Source: Leptogorgia sarmentosa (Eukaryota). From it: a stretch of DNA of 64,000 nucleotides. Under the pieces are notes generated by a model. The model saw nothing but the letters and a program-made list of their open reading frames with translations, was not told the DNA's origin and searched no databases. The stretch covers positions 7,936,001 to 8,000,000 of the forward strand of contig OZ210885.1 in assembly GCA_964658305.1 (NCBI GenBank), written 5' to 3'. The translations under genes and the position numbers were made by a program. Below are positions 1 to 12,300 of this stretch, piece after piece (position 1 is the stretch's first letter; each line of letters starts with the position of its first letter).

Positions 1-294
1 ACAGAACTTTCAGCATTCAGTAAGTTGTTGCTGGGTCTTCCAGCAACACAAAATAGATAGTACTGTTAGTGTCTTTCCCGTATAGATGACAAATTGCATG
101 GTGGGGATTTTAGTAATGGGGGTATTTTACGATCGGGTTAATCTGCTTCCAGATTATCTAACTACATACAATACAAATGAACTGAGTTGTATTTAAAATA
201 CTCAGAATTGTGGCAATTGAAATACCAGGCGGGAATCTTAATCTGAATATGAATATTAGTGCCCAGCAAGCGATTTTTAATGCATACATATTAA

Positions 295-663
295 AACCAT
301 CCAGTTTTATATAAAATTTATTGCTAACGTTTCGTTGCTACATCGCAACATCATCAGAGCTATAATGATAATGTAATAGTTGGTGTATCTATATATACAT
401 GATTATATGAGTTTTATATTACAAACGGTTAAAATTCAAATACAAAAGAACGAATAAGAAAAGATTTAGAAAAACTATATGTCAAAAGCAGGAATAAGTT
501 CATTAGTTGTTACAGAGAATTAAGTGATCAGGTCAAGTTCGAGTGGGATTAGTGATTAAAAAGATACAGAGGTGTAGAAGAAATATTATTATTGAGGACA
601 GGTTTGAATTTAGAGATGAGGAGACTTTCACGTATTTCGAGATCAAACTTAGAGTTAAAATAC
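295..663 (-). mobile_element. Penelope-like element 3' fragment (GIY-YIG C-terminus plus 3' region)
   Basis: The minus strand reads FNSKFDLEIRESLLISKFKPVLNNNISSTPLYLFNH*, matching the typical PLE endonuclease tail (ESLLI..KP.LN...S.PL.LF). It is followed by a hammerhead motif and AATAAA. Confidence 0.72.
318..365 (-). ncRNA. Minimal type I hammerhead ribozyme (Penelope-associated)
   Basis: Minus strand: TTATAGCT-CTGATGA-T-GTTGC(gatgta)GCAAC-GAAAC-GTT-AGCAATAA. Conserved core boxes, 5-bp stem II, 7/8-bp stem I and a palindromic AACGTT at stem III. Confidence 0.72.
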
Positions 664-775
664 TCAGTTGTGTTGGTAGTGGCTTTATTAACAGGCAGCA
701 AAGAGTCTACTCTCTACCTAAATAATATAAACAGATTTTACGTTTCGAGCAGAGGCCCTTCGCTGGGATCGAATA

Positions 776-1531
776 TTGTGTTTTATTTTTTTGCAAATCA
801 GCAGCGGGCGGAATCCAAGCGTTTTCTGCAATCTGATTGGCTGCAGCAGCGGGCGGAATTTTACGATATCTTGACCACGGTCCGGAATCCTGAATACATA
901 ATGGCCGAAGCAAATAAAAAATCTTTTGTATGTTTGTTTTAATGGCAAAAAAATGCAATATATATCGAAAATCTGCAGTTTATCCTGACTTAAATTCATC
1001 CTTTTTAATAAAATACTATAACCAGTTCATTTACTTAAGATTAAAGTTAATTTCTCTTATATATTTTTAGAAATAATTTTTAGTACGAAGAAACATTTTC
1101 GGCGAAATATTTCGGTGTCATATTAAAGCATATTTTAACCGTGTTTTTATCATGAAATGTAAAAGAAGATAAATAATTTCAATAAATTTACCTTTTTTGA
1201 TTGTCATGTTGAGTGAAAAGGCAGCAATTGTACTAAAACTGAAGGGTTTTTTTTCACTTCGCCTTGGCTGTTTGGCAGCCATACTTGCGATGGAGTAACA
1301 AAGTAAACAAACACAACTGATCTCAAATCTAGTTCGCTACACTGGAATTTCTTATGAATTTGATCATAGCATTGCGTAGCAAAAAAATAAATCCGTTATT
1401 TACCGTTTAGGTCGGTCCGGATAGAAAAATATTTTGTCTCGGTCTCAAAAACGTCCCTCGGCCTCGGGCCATTTTTGAGACCTCGACAAAATATTTTTCT
1501 ATCCGGACCTCCCAGCCGGTAAATAACATAT
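776..1531. mobile_element. Putative non-autonomous DNA element with a hairpin near its right end
   Basis: Internal inverted repeat gtccggatagaaaaatattttgtc...gacaaaatatttttctatccggac at about 1415-1508; no coding capacity; similar layout to the insertion at 57441-57876. Boundaries approximate. Confidence 0.4.
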
Positions 1532-1740
1532 ATACACTAATTCCCGACGAGGGCCTTTTGCGGGATACGTCAAATCCGTTTGTATCGCTTATAGGTATTG
1601 AGTAGACCTTTATTTGTTGTTGATGTTGCCATCTGCTACCTACACTGGTCACATATTCATACTTCAATTATTATCTATCATGGGTTATGAGTACGTTGAC
1701 CTGAAACCGTCATCATACAGGTCTGAATGAAGTTGATGTA

Positions 1741-1962
1741 CAGTACTGTGCAAAAGTTATAGGCATCTCGTGAAAAAGCATTTGGCGCCATCTTATTGTA
1801 AACTTATCGTATAAGTTTACAATAAGTTTACAATAAGTTTACAATAAGATGGCGTCAGATGTTTTTTCACGAGGTGCCTATAACTTTTGCATCGTATAAG
1901 TTTACAATAAGATGGCGCCAAATGCTTTTTGACGAGGTGCCTATAACTTTTGCACAATACTG
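1741..1962. mobile_element. Tc1/mariner-type MITE
   Basis: TIR CAGTACTGTGCAAAAGTTATAGGCA.../...TGCCTATAACTTTTGCACAATACTG, flanked by TA on both sides. Confidence 0.8.
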
Positions 1963-2282
1963 TATAGTTTGTCTTAAATCTTGCATGAGAATCCATTCCA
2001 TAACACATGGTAAATTAGTAACTTACTGAATCTGTCGAAATTTAAAGCTGTTTATGAAATTGAAAGGCAATGCTTCAATGCTCGTACTCAAAAACTCTTT
2101 TATTCCGTCCTCTGTTGAACGTTTCAATAACTTTTAGTACTAACGCTTTCAACAGTTTTTTTAGAATTTTTAGTTTTTAACATTTTTACCATATACTCCG
2201 ATATTTTATATGTAATAGGTAACCATGCTGTTATGCCTATGGATGTATTTCAATCTTTAAGATTGCAAAATCCAAGGTCACT

Positions 2283-2906
2283 AAATAATAATGAAAACTT
2301 TATTAATAGAACATTTATAGATATATACAATTGTAAATCTCACTTCTTGAGGTAACCTACAATTGACTACTTGAATCACTTATACATGCATGGTTATAAT
2401 CTTATATATACAAAAATTGTTAATTATTTATAGAAATAGTTACTTTAAATGTTCATTAGTTCGGGATTTGTCCATTCTTTGTTTCTACAGCAAAATATGT
2501 AGTACGTTGATCGGATGGCAATAGATATGATTCTTCTGATACAATATTGTTGGTGTGGTTTATCCAGTCCTAACTCATTTAGCATTTTTACGAATGTATG
2601 ACATTCTTTGTCAAACACCCCTAGCGAACTGACAGAAAGATTTATGAACTTAACAGATGTAAAGTTTTGATCCAGTTCTGTAATTAGGTTTTTATATTTA
2701 GCTTTCTTGCGGTTAACATTGTTTGTGAGGTTTGATTCAAAGCCTACGGTAAGTTCAACAACGTAGAGGTGTTTGTCCGAAGTGGAGACAAGCAAATCAG
2801 GACGGTATTCATTTCCCGTAATAGTCGAGGGGCTTTCGAATCCAGGAAGATCAACATTTAATTTGCATTCGTTTAAACTTTGAAAAGTTTTTGCAAGAAA
2901 GTTTAA
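2283..2906 (-). mobile_element. 5'-truncated non-LTR retrotransposon with a restriction-like endonuclease (RLE) C-terminus
   Basis: LNFLAKT...SPSTITGNEYRPDLLV...VVELTVGFE...RKKAKY...YIFCCRNKEW gives the RPD..E..KY pattern of RLE LINEs. The 3' UTR ends with AATAAA and a short (TTA)n tail. Confidence 0.8.
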
Positions 2907-3288
2907 GCCAGAGTTTCCAGTCCATGCCTGCGATTTTTAGGGTCTGATACAAACCTTCTTTAATTTTAAAAACACATCTGATATCATATAGCATCAGAAA
3001 ATCAAAGTTATAGACTTATAGTTTATGCCAGTCAACCGAAATCTGCGTATTACATATACTGACACTTGCACGCTGATGATTTCCTCTTTGTTTTCTTCAT
3101 GAATTATTAATGCGTTTCACAAGTAGCTATATGTACCCATGTTTTGTAAAAATTGTATACATTCCTAATAATGAATACGCCGAGTCGAAACGTGGAACAA
3201 ACAATTCAAAAAATTTCTTGTGTTTTGATGTTTCTATTGTTTTGTATTTTTATATGCACAGTATGACTAGTAGCCTTGTGTACCATAC

Positions 3289-3398
3289 CTTTATCGAGGA
3301 CTTCGTCGAGAACCCGGAGATATTCCCATCCTTTGACAGCGACACGACATATTGATCATCAGCAGAGACTGCAACATCTTTTGCGCATTCAAGGTCAC
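3289..3398 (-). CDS. Gene A WD40 exon (not in ORF track)
   Basis: caatag|GTGACC; reads GDLECAKDVAVSADDQYVVSLSKDGNISGFSTKSSIK; donor AAG|gtatgg; entry phase matches the previous exon. Confidence 0.8.
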
Positions 3399-6300
3399 CT
3401 ATTGATCAGGAAGGAAAAAAAAACAATTCAGAAATTGAAGTAAACATTAAAAGGATATTTTCTGTAAGAGTCACAAATAGGTTGTGCATGATCAAGTTGG
3501 ACGCGTTATTAAAATTAATGTAAAAATCTTTGCAATTTAAGGATTTATATACAATGAAAAGAAAAATCTTGAGTAGTGGATTCACTTGATAGTAAGTTCT
3601 ACTCACCAACTGAACGATATAGGCAGTGAATTTGTTTTCTAACGTTTAGGTAGTAAGTAGAACTTTTGTCTACCAGAATTCGATATTGCCATTTTTTTAT
3701 CATAGAAGATATTTTCATCATCACAAATGGAGATGTATTTTTTACTTGTAAAAAAATGCACACATTGAGCTATCGCAAGCACCTCCATTCATATGACGTT
3801 GCATTGATAAATAACTTTGTAGCAATAAATTACGATGAACTACTAGACTACCATCCTTTATATATTTATAGGAATTGTGAGAAAGTACATTAGAATGTGA
3901 TACGATTTAGCGTATTGTGAAAGTTAAGATGCAAATTTAAATTGTAATGTAATATATAATATTGTTCCCACATGCTGGATCATTTGTCAATATTTTAAAT
4001 ATAGCTATATAAATTTCATAAAAAAATCTGGTTTGTATTTATTTCCAAAGAAGTTAATCAATGCAAAACACGATATAGGAATATTCGCGCCCTCTCACCC
4101 ATTTAGCCACACCAAAATTGTGCAAATTTACACTTATTTAGTGTCCGCTGAACACTTCGGAATTTATATTAGGAGTGTGATCGCATATTGAACCTTATTC
4201 TAATGGACTAGACCATAGACTATCAAAAGAATGGACTGGAAAGTGGAAACGCACGCTGAAACTGCACAACAACCGTGATACGCTTGATGTGGAACCCTGT
4301 AACTTCACATTAAATCTATTCCAGGACTTCGTATTGACATATTTCAAACCAGAAGAGAAATGAGTTTGCATCTATCCACTGTTCAAGGCAAAAAATCACC
4401 GTTGCAATAAGTGGTGAGAAATTTTATATCTTGATATTTTGCTTACGTTGTGTTTGTCATTGTTGTCTGTCAGTATCAAATATTCCGTATCTCTACAGTC
4501 TTCTTTATACTCCTGTAATAAACAAATAACTTCACAGTTGCTCGTTTGTACCGTTATTATTTACTCGTTAAGATCGCTAAGCTCACGATCGTATGAGCTA
4601 AGATCGTATTTAGCGATCCATCACAATTGGTAAATAAAAATTGTATACACTCACCCGTTAAACAAAGACCTCAACGGGTAGTACCCGATATTTCTCAATT
4701 GAGAACATGGGTAATGCCCACGCTGGACTATCGTCTAAGTAGCCTGACCAGGTAAGTTGTGAACAGTGATTGCCCGGGTCTATAATCATATGCATTTATC
4801 CAGGCCAGAGTGTTGAGCAGCGAGCTCGATTTAGCTCAAGTGGTAAGGCACGCGGTGCGTGCGTTGCAGTTCTATAGTTCAAACCCCAGTACGACACATT
4901 TTTTCAGCGTTGGTGATTAAAACTTTTTTTTCTCAATATTTTTATGACCACAATGGTCAGGGTTAGGATTCTAGGGTTTGGGTTGGGATTAAGGAAATTC
5001 TTAGTATATAGAAAAATGGTTTATATCTTACACTATATAACTATATCAAGAGTAATACTGAAACGCCGATCAGCAATCTTAGGCGATAGTCCAGCGTGGG
5101 CATTACCCGTGTTCTCAATTGAGAAATATTGGGTACTACCCGTTGAGGTCTTTGTTCAACGGCTGATACACTCGCCAACCGTGAAGTAGCAAATCTCTAT
5201 GTATCTCTTAGAGAGTCCCCAAATCTCATAAAACATTTCCCTTTCGTCAATGATGTAAATAGAGATGTGTACGATTTGTAAATAATAAAATTCGAACAAA
5301 CGAGCCAACTACGCATGAAGTAATTTGTTTATTATATGAATACAAGGAAGAGTGTAGAAATACGGAATATTTGATACACACAGACGACAATGACAAACAC
5401 AACACGAGCGAAACATCAAAATATAAAATATCTTAGTTTATTGTTTTGTTTTCAAGGAGGTTTATATCGTCATTCTGCATGAAACTAGTTGAAATTTTGT
5501 AATTACGATTGGTTATAAGAATTAGTTTTAGAATTTGGCCAAAGTAATTCTTTTCTTTACATGTAATTATCTTAGGCATACAAATCAAAAGGCAATTAAC
5601 GTAGGCCTAATTAATCTACGAAAGCCTGCTATCCATTCAACTGTATTTAACCACCGGTTTTCTGTCTTGATATCAGTGCAGAGCGTTGCAGATAAGAACG
5701 TTTCTCATTAACTATCCCGATTTGCTTATTATACACGAGTATCTACAAGATTTTAATTTCCAGGTAAATTTGTTCTACGTAAAAATAGTAGTTTTTGAAC
5801 ATATTGTGCAGTACTTGAAGCACAAAAATTAACAAGGTTGAGATTTAGTAAAATGAAAATGAATTTAGTGAAATGAAATGAAAACGAGATCGTCCGCAAC
5901 CTATTTATAAGAAAGCTAGCCCAAATAGACAATTTGAACTATACCTGTGACAGAAGAGCACTGTGTGTGAAGATTCCAAACTTTGAAAGTACCATCTGTA
6001 GATGTGGAAACCCATCTAGACTCATCACGAGACATTTTAATATCTGTGACGTCATTTGAATGATCAGAGAAACTGTTTTGTTCCATGTACGCAGCAGTTC
6101 CCAGGTTCCAAACCCTGATACTTCCATCCCTTGACGCTGTCAATACCTTCTTTGCATTGGGAATTATTGCAACACCGCTGAAATATTACAAGTTGATTGT
6201 TTATTTCTAATAATAATTTTTTCTACCGAAAAAAGGCAAAGACGATCTCTGTCAGACTATTGATTGTTTAACAAACCAATATTATCAAAATATGCTGTAT

Positions 6301-9300
6301 AATTTATTCACAAATGATCAGGGAAATATGTCGTATTCATCGAATGTTAGTGCAAATGAAAACTACATCTATGGTCACTTTATCTTTAGCAAAAATCGTT
6401 CTATTACAATGTCGACAACAATTAAGAAGATAGATAGATAAAACAATTAATTACGCAGGGTAGTCCCGTCAGTAATAAAAATTGCTGTTATCAATGGGAG
6501 CCCTATATAGACATATTGTGGAGTTCAGTACTGTTGATATCGACGAAAGCAACAATACAAGATAGAGTCATGATAGATGTACAACAGGTAAAATTATGTT
6601 GCATCTGATGTCAACAAAATCTTTCACCAATTAGTAATACTGCAAAATTCAATCGCAAAAGGTTGCAAAGTACGGAAAATACAGTCCTTTAAAGTTGACA
6701 AATTTGTATACTTTTTGTATTTGCGTGAATTTTATATAGTAGCTAATTTAATTATAATTTTCAGCGCCCGTGATACAAATGGATACCAATCTGCAACTTC
6801 GCACGGCTATATTTTCCGTATTTAGCATTTTCCGCATTCAACACCCACGAAGCGGGCGAGTGGGCCGGGCAGGCTACTGCACCCCGTCCCACCCCCTCCA
6901 ATAACTTGCCAGAATTCTGGTAACGATCTTTTTGGAAAATGAAATATATGAAGGAATCTAGACTTCAACAAGATTTAATAGGTCTCTCCCCAAACCCGCC
7001 TAGAGCGTAATCACTAATATGCATTTTCAAGCGCCCAATCGTGAGTTCTTTTTGATGGGCATTGTATTATCCAACATTTCACAACCAAACATTTAGTTTT
7101 TCTAATTTTGATAACGTCACAAAATGTCCTTCGTTTATCCCTCATTAAAATCTTTCTAAGGCGCAAGTCGTCCATTGCAAATAAGCTTAATGTATGTAGC
7201 ACGACTATAGCCGGGAGCCGCCAATTAGTATAATGGTGTAATAAATAGAAATTCTTATGACTGAAAATTAATTTCATGGAGTTCATGCTCGCTATCTTTT
7301 CAAGTAATCAAAAACCGATTTCAAGAAGCAGTACGTCTTAGTCTGACTGCGAAATATTGTATTAAATGTATACAATGGATAAGACAGAATATGGGGCGCC
7401 TTAAGCTTAATGTTATATATATTGGCTCTTCGTTGTTGCCTTGCCATATAACGATGCTTTCGAGAAAATAGCGGTAAATTAAATAGTTCCTAGAGTGAAC
7501 CCACCTGATCTCCATGGTATGACCTTCATAACAGGAAAGGGACTTTCCAGTGTGGAAATACAACAACCTCACACTTCCTTCATCGTCTCCAGAGATAATA
7601 TACTTTTTATCATCGCTCACAGCAATACTGATAACATGAAATTGATGGACGTAAAGGGTACGAATTTCCTGATACGTTTTTAAATCCCAAATTTTTATTG
7701 TCCAATCGTATGAACCAGACACAAGCATTGGATTGTTTTTTCCTGAATCTAAAAGAGAAACTTCGCACTTTAGTCGAACTAGCACAAAAAAAAACAAGGG
7801 AAAGCAAAGTACATGATATCCTAAATATATTCAATAACTCGATCGTTGACAGGAGAGATTTTCATACAATGCACTCTGCAAGTCCAGGCAATGGATTTTG
7901 CAGTAGTCCATATACAGAAAGTTGATTTTGTTAATACCGTTAGGATATTGAAGACAAATTGACGCAAAAAAGTAATTCCAGTGTGTCAGGATAAGCTTGA
8001 AATACTCAAAATATGGCCGGTTCGGCTGGCACGTACAATAGTCATGATCATGAATGAATTGTGCAAAGTATATTGGGTAATCAGTTGAAATATGCACACA
8101 AGCAAATTGTCTCAAATATTTTTAAAAAGCTAGCATAGATATATCTAATAGCCATTTTAAAATACTCTTAGCATATACGAATACAACCAGAGCCTAAAAA
8201 TTGGAAAGAAATCAGAAAGTCCTAAAATAGTGCTTGTACATGAAAGCACTGGCTACCACCATACTAACAATTAAGGAAAGACTTTGCTTTCTTTCTAGGC
8301 ATAATTTTTAATTACAATATTAGAATGCTGTAGCATGCAAGTATTTTTGTGCAGTAATTGGGAAAATTTATTCCAAGACATGATATTCCCCTCCAATCCT
8401 TGCTTTATTGAACAATTGTGTTTTTAAAGGAAGTTTATAATAAAGAATATGTTTTACCCGAAAGAAACAGCACAAATATAATTTTGAAGAGACTCTATTG
8501 AAGTAAGATCTTCAAAATGTTATGAAATATTAACTCATACAGTATTGCATACCTGTTGCGACAACACATGTCACCCAACGTGTATGGCCAACCAAACTGG
8601 CCTCAAAATTTAGTGTATCGGCTTTCCACAACTTGATAGCCTCGTCTTCAAATCCAACAGTAGCAATGAACTGTCCATCTTTGGTCGTACACAGCGACCA
8701 GACTACCTCAGGAATACTTGTTGAGAGGTTTTCTCCGGTAGATACACAATACACTTTCAGCCCTACAACGCATGATGGATACTCGTCAGACTGATGTTTC
8801 AATAATGTCTAACCCTAGACGATTTTGTGAAATCTTGTTTTTAATTGTGTCCCTCTCCGGCGCTGAACATGCTCTGGCTGTTGCTGGCTTATGTTTTTAC
8901 ACTGCGTTTCACGGCGCTCTACACGACGTTAACAGTTAACCGCTGGTTTGAAGATACGCAGTCGCTGGAATCCTCAAACCAGCTGTTGCAATTATTGTTT
9001 GAATATGAACAATTTCTACTTTTGGCGAAGATTGAGAGGTGCTTCTCAAACAGACGTATCTGGTTTTCCCAGGAAATCATTTTACTACAGCTGCGTTGAA
9101 AACTGCTTATCCTGGCATCAAACACAAAACGAATTAGTGAATATGGTCCAATCACACGATACCATGCCGTTTGTAAATTTCATAAACACACCCTCCACCA
9201 TGGCTACATTGTTGTCAAATTGTGTGCATTGTACAGGGCATCCATACCAGTGGTACTGTTGGTAAAACTTGGCTACAGATCGTGAAATTTACAACCGTGA

Positions 9301-12300
9301 AACAAGGGCCATGTATGGCAGTTGGGCTTCGTTCAAAATAATGAAAATATACTTTGTTTTCAAATGTAGTCGATTATGTACAACAGGTTACAGGTACGAA
9401 TTCAGATAAAATGGTTGAAATGTACGACGGATTAAGAACGAGCTCTCTTTCTCTCCAACCCGTTTCCGAAAGTTGAAATACAAATTTTTAATTCTTTTTT
9501 TTTCACTGAGTATATACCTCATTGAAATCCTAATAAAATGATCTTTCGAACGGTGGGTCGCATGTTAGTTAAAACACAACACACAAAAAAAATAAAGATT
9601 GATCGTCGGAAACGTAAGGCATTAGCATCTAACTGAGAAAAACAGTCCAATATGTTGAAATCCATGTCCTTATTTCTCGGTGAAGCAGCATATTCATGAA
9701 ACCTGTTTTATGTTCGTGTTATTTGCACATATAATAACATTTCTACAAGCTTTTTTGCAATTGTCAAAAATTTCCGCACGCGCACGGCATTTACTGAAAC
9801 AGGATAAATCAGGTTGCGCAATAGTCTGAAACATGTGGAAAACATGCCTTTGATTACGTAGAGTGCGTATTCGTATGTTTTGCAGTCTTGGATAAACTCA
9901 CTTCTGATTTATTCGCACACGACATAAAAAACACGACAGGTGTCCCAGGAATTTCACCCCCCCTCCCCCCAGCCAATTATAGTCATAGGGCGAAATCGAC
10001 CTAAATTAATATGGTGTTGGCAGGGCCGTAGTGAGGGGGGGGGGGTATTGGGGGGGGGTGGCTAACCCCCCCCCCCCCCCCCCCCCCCCCCCAACTTTTT
10101 TAGAATTAACATATTCGGAAAATCCGGTTGGCCATTCGGAAAATTACTGAAATAAAAGTATAACGAAATCTTAATTTTTAAACAGAGAAAATATTACAGA
10201 AAGAGTCAGTATGAACTGATTTACGAAATCATGGCATTTACATGGATAACAATCAGGGGCGTAGCGAGCGGGGGGGTAAATGAATTGCGGTCGGTTTTGA
10301 AGCCAAAGCAGTCGGTAAATTTTCAATTTATGTCATTAAATCACAGAGAGAGCAGAAAAGTAAAATATGTAAAAGTATATGTCTGTTGTCATTGTCCGTG
10401 TGCGATTAGTTCTCAAGCTGTGGTTGTACAACATCTAAGACCTCTAGACTCTATTCTGAGTGTTAAGGCTTTGGTTAACACTCTGAAATGGCTGTGTCCG
10501 GCGATCTAGAGGCTCAAAATTCACAAAATTTTCTCGCTCGACGCAAACCATGGTGGCGTCTCGTGAGACTCGCCCCCCTCACCAAAACGTACCTACGTGC
10601 CCGAACCTATTTAGGTCGGTAAAATATTTTGCATTAAACCCCCCCTCCCCCCCTATCGGAATGGCTTCGCTAAGCCACTGATGACAATTTAAAAATCGTA
10701 AATCGGTAAATCCGGTTTTTCGGTTTGTTACCTCTGTAATATGTCTATGCGTAAGATATGCGTATTTTATTTTTATTGTTTGTATTTGGTCAATAATTGA
10801 CTTAATTCTCTCAAAAAACCCTTAGAAACTTTAAATCTGGTAATTTTTATCTGTGTGGATAATAACGTAAATTGTAGCATTTAACCAGCGAAAAAGATAT
10901 TACTGACAGTGTGGACATAGACATGCTAGTTGATAAATGGTTTATGAAAACTAACCGAAGAATAAATTTGTGACATTTGTCATGTCTGCATGAATGGCGT
11001 TTTCATTACGTGGCGGCTAATAAAAAACGGCTTTCATTAATATCTATATAATTTATTGCTTCGTCCGGATAGTAAACACATTCGTGGCTTCGGTATGCCA
11101 TGAAATATTCGGAAAATTTTTTTGTCATTCGGAAATTTTTGGCCTACACCGCCCCAACCATAAATATTTAGCTACGGCCCTGGGTGTTGGAGAGAAAGAG
11201 TACTTTTCGTAAGTAATACATTTTTCTAAAATGTATTAACGATTATGCTGCACGAAACTGACGAAATGTTTCTGAATTTCACATATTCGCTACGAAGCAC
11301 AAGTTGAATAAATACAGTGAATATTTAACTCACTGTGATGACTGCGTCGCTATTTAGAGTGTACTCCCACTCAAATATGGAACGTTACGTGAAACCCAAG
11401 AACTGAAACGATATGCATCAATCCGCCTCATAAACGTTCTTGTATTAAAATGTGAAGCCAATTTTTTTAGTAAATAGCGATGTACACAGTGGCGTAACTA
11501 CTAGGGGCCGAACCTGGCCGGGGGCCCTGGGAAGAGGTTTCTTCAGGGCCGTGGCTAATATGAAATTCAAATAATTTTTATTGAAACTAAAAAGGAAAAA
11601 AAGTTCGAAGTTAACAAAATGTTTGATATCATTCAGTAGCTAGCAAGGGCGTCAATCCGTTGCAAAAAGTGGGGGGGGGGGACCATAAGCTTACGGGCTA
11701 AAGTTTTTCAGGGAGAGGACAGAAAGATCTTTGCCCGAATTTGAGGGTAGCGCCACCATGTCGAATGTCACGAGGCGCCACCATGGTTGGCGCCGAGCGA
11801 GAAATTTTTGAACTTTTACAACCTCTGGATTTCCGTAAACGGCGATTTCAGAGTCCTAACTACACTTTCTTGGTACGCTCGTTCAGGTGAACGACTGGAG
11901 GATTGTTGACATTATTTTAATTTTTTGGGGGGCAGGTGCCCCCCTTGTCCCTCCGCCTCGTACGCCTATTTGGGGGGGGGGGGCAAAAATCTGTCTGTTG
12001 TAAAATAGTAATGAAACGTGCCCCTTTCTAGAAGGGTCTGGGGGCAATCTTCCCCAAAAAATTTTGAAATTTGAAACATCATGCACAAATACCATTTTCA
12101 GCGATCTGGGAACGATTTTTACTAAAATAATTCCGCCGAATTTCTTGCCTAAATTATATGAGAATTTTTTGTCGATGTCGAATGTGTATTATTCGAATAC
12201 GTATTATTTTAATAAAACAATAAAGATTTGAATCGCAAATGAAATGATTTGATCATTGTACATACAATGATCAATAAAAACAAAAGCAAATTTGAACGTG

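Noticed and set aside
8845..9265. Cluster of overlapping ORFs of 78-105 aa
   Set aside because: No recognisable domain or splice support; lies within an intron of gene A.
10034..10092. Long poly-G and poly-C tracts as G-quadruplex regulatory sites
   Set aside because: These are typical subterminal homopolymers of these hAT MITEs; there is no independent evidence of function.
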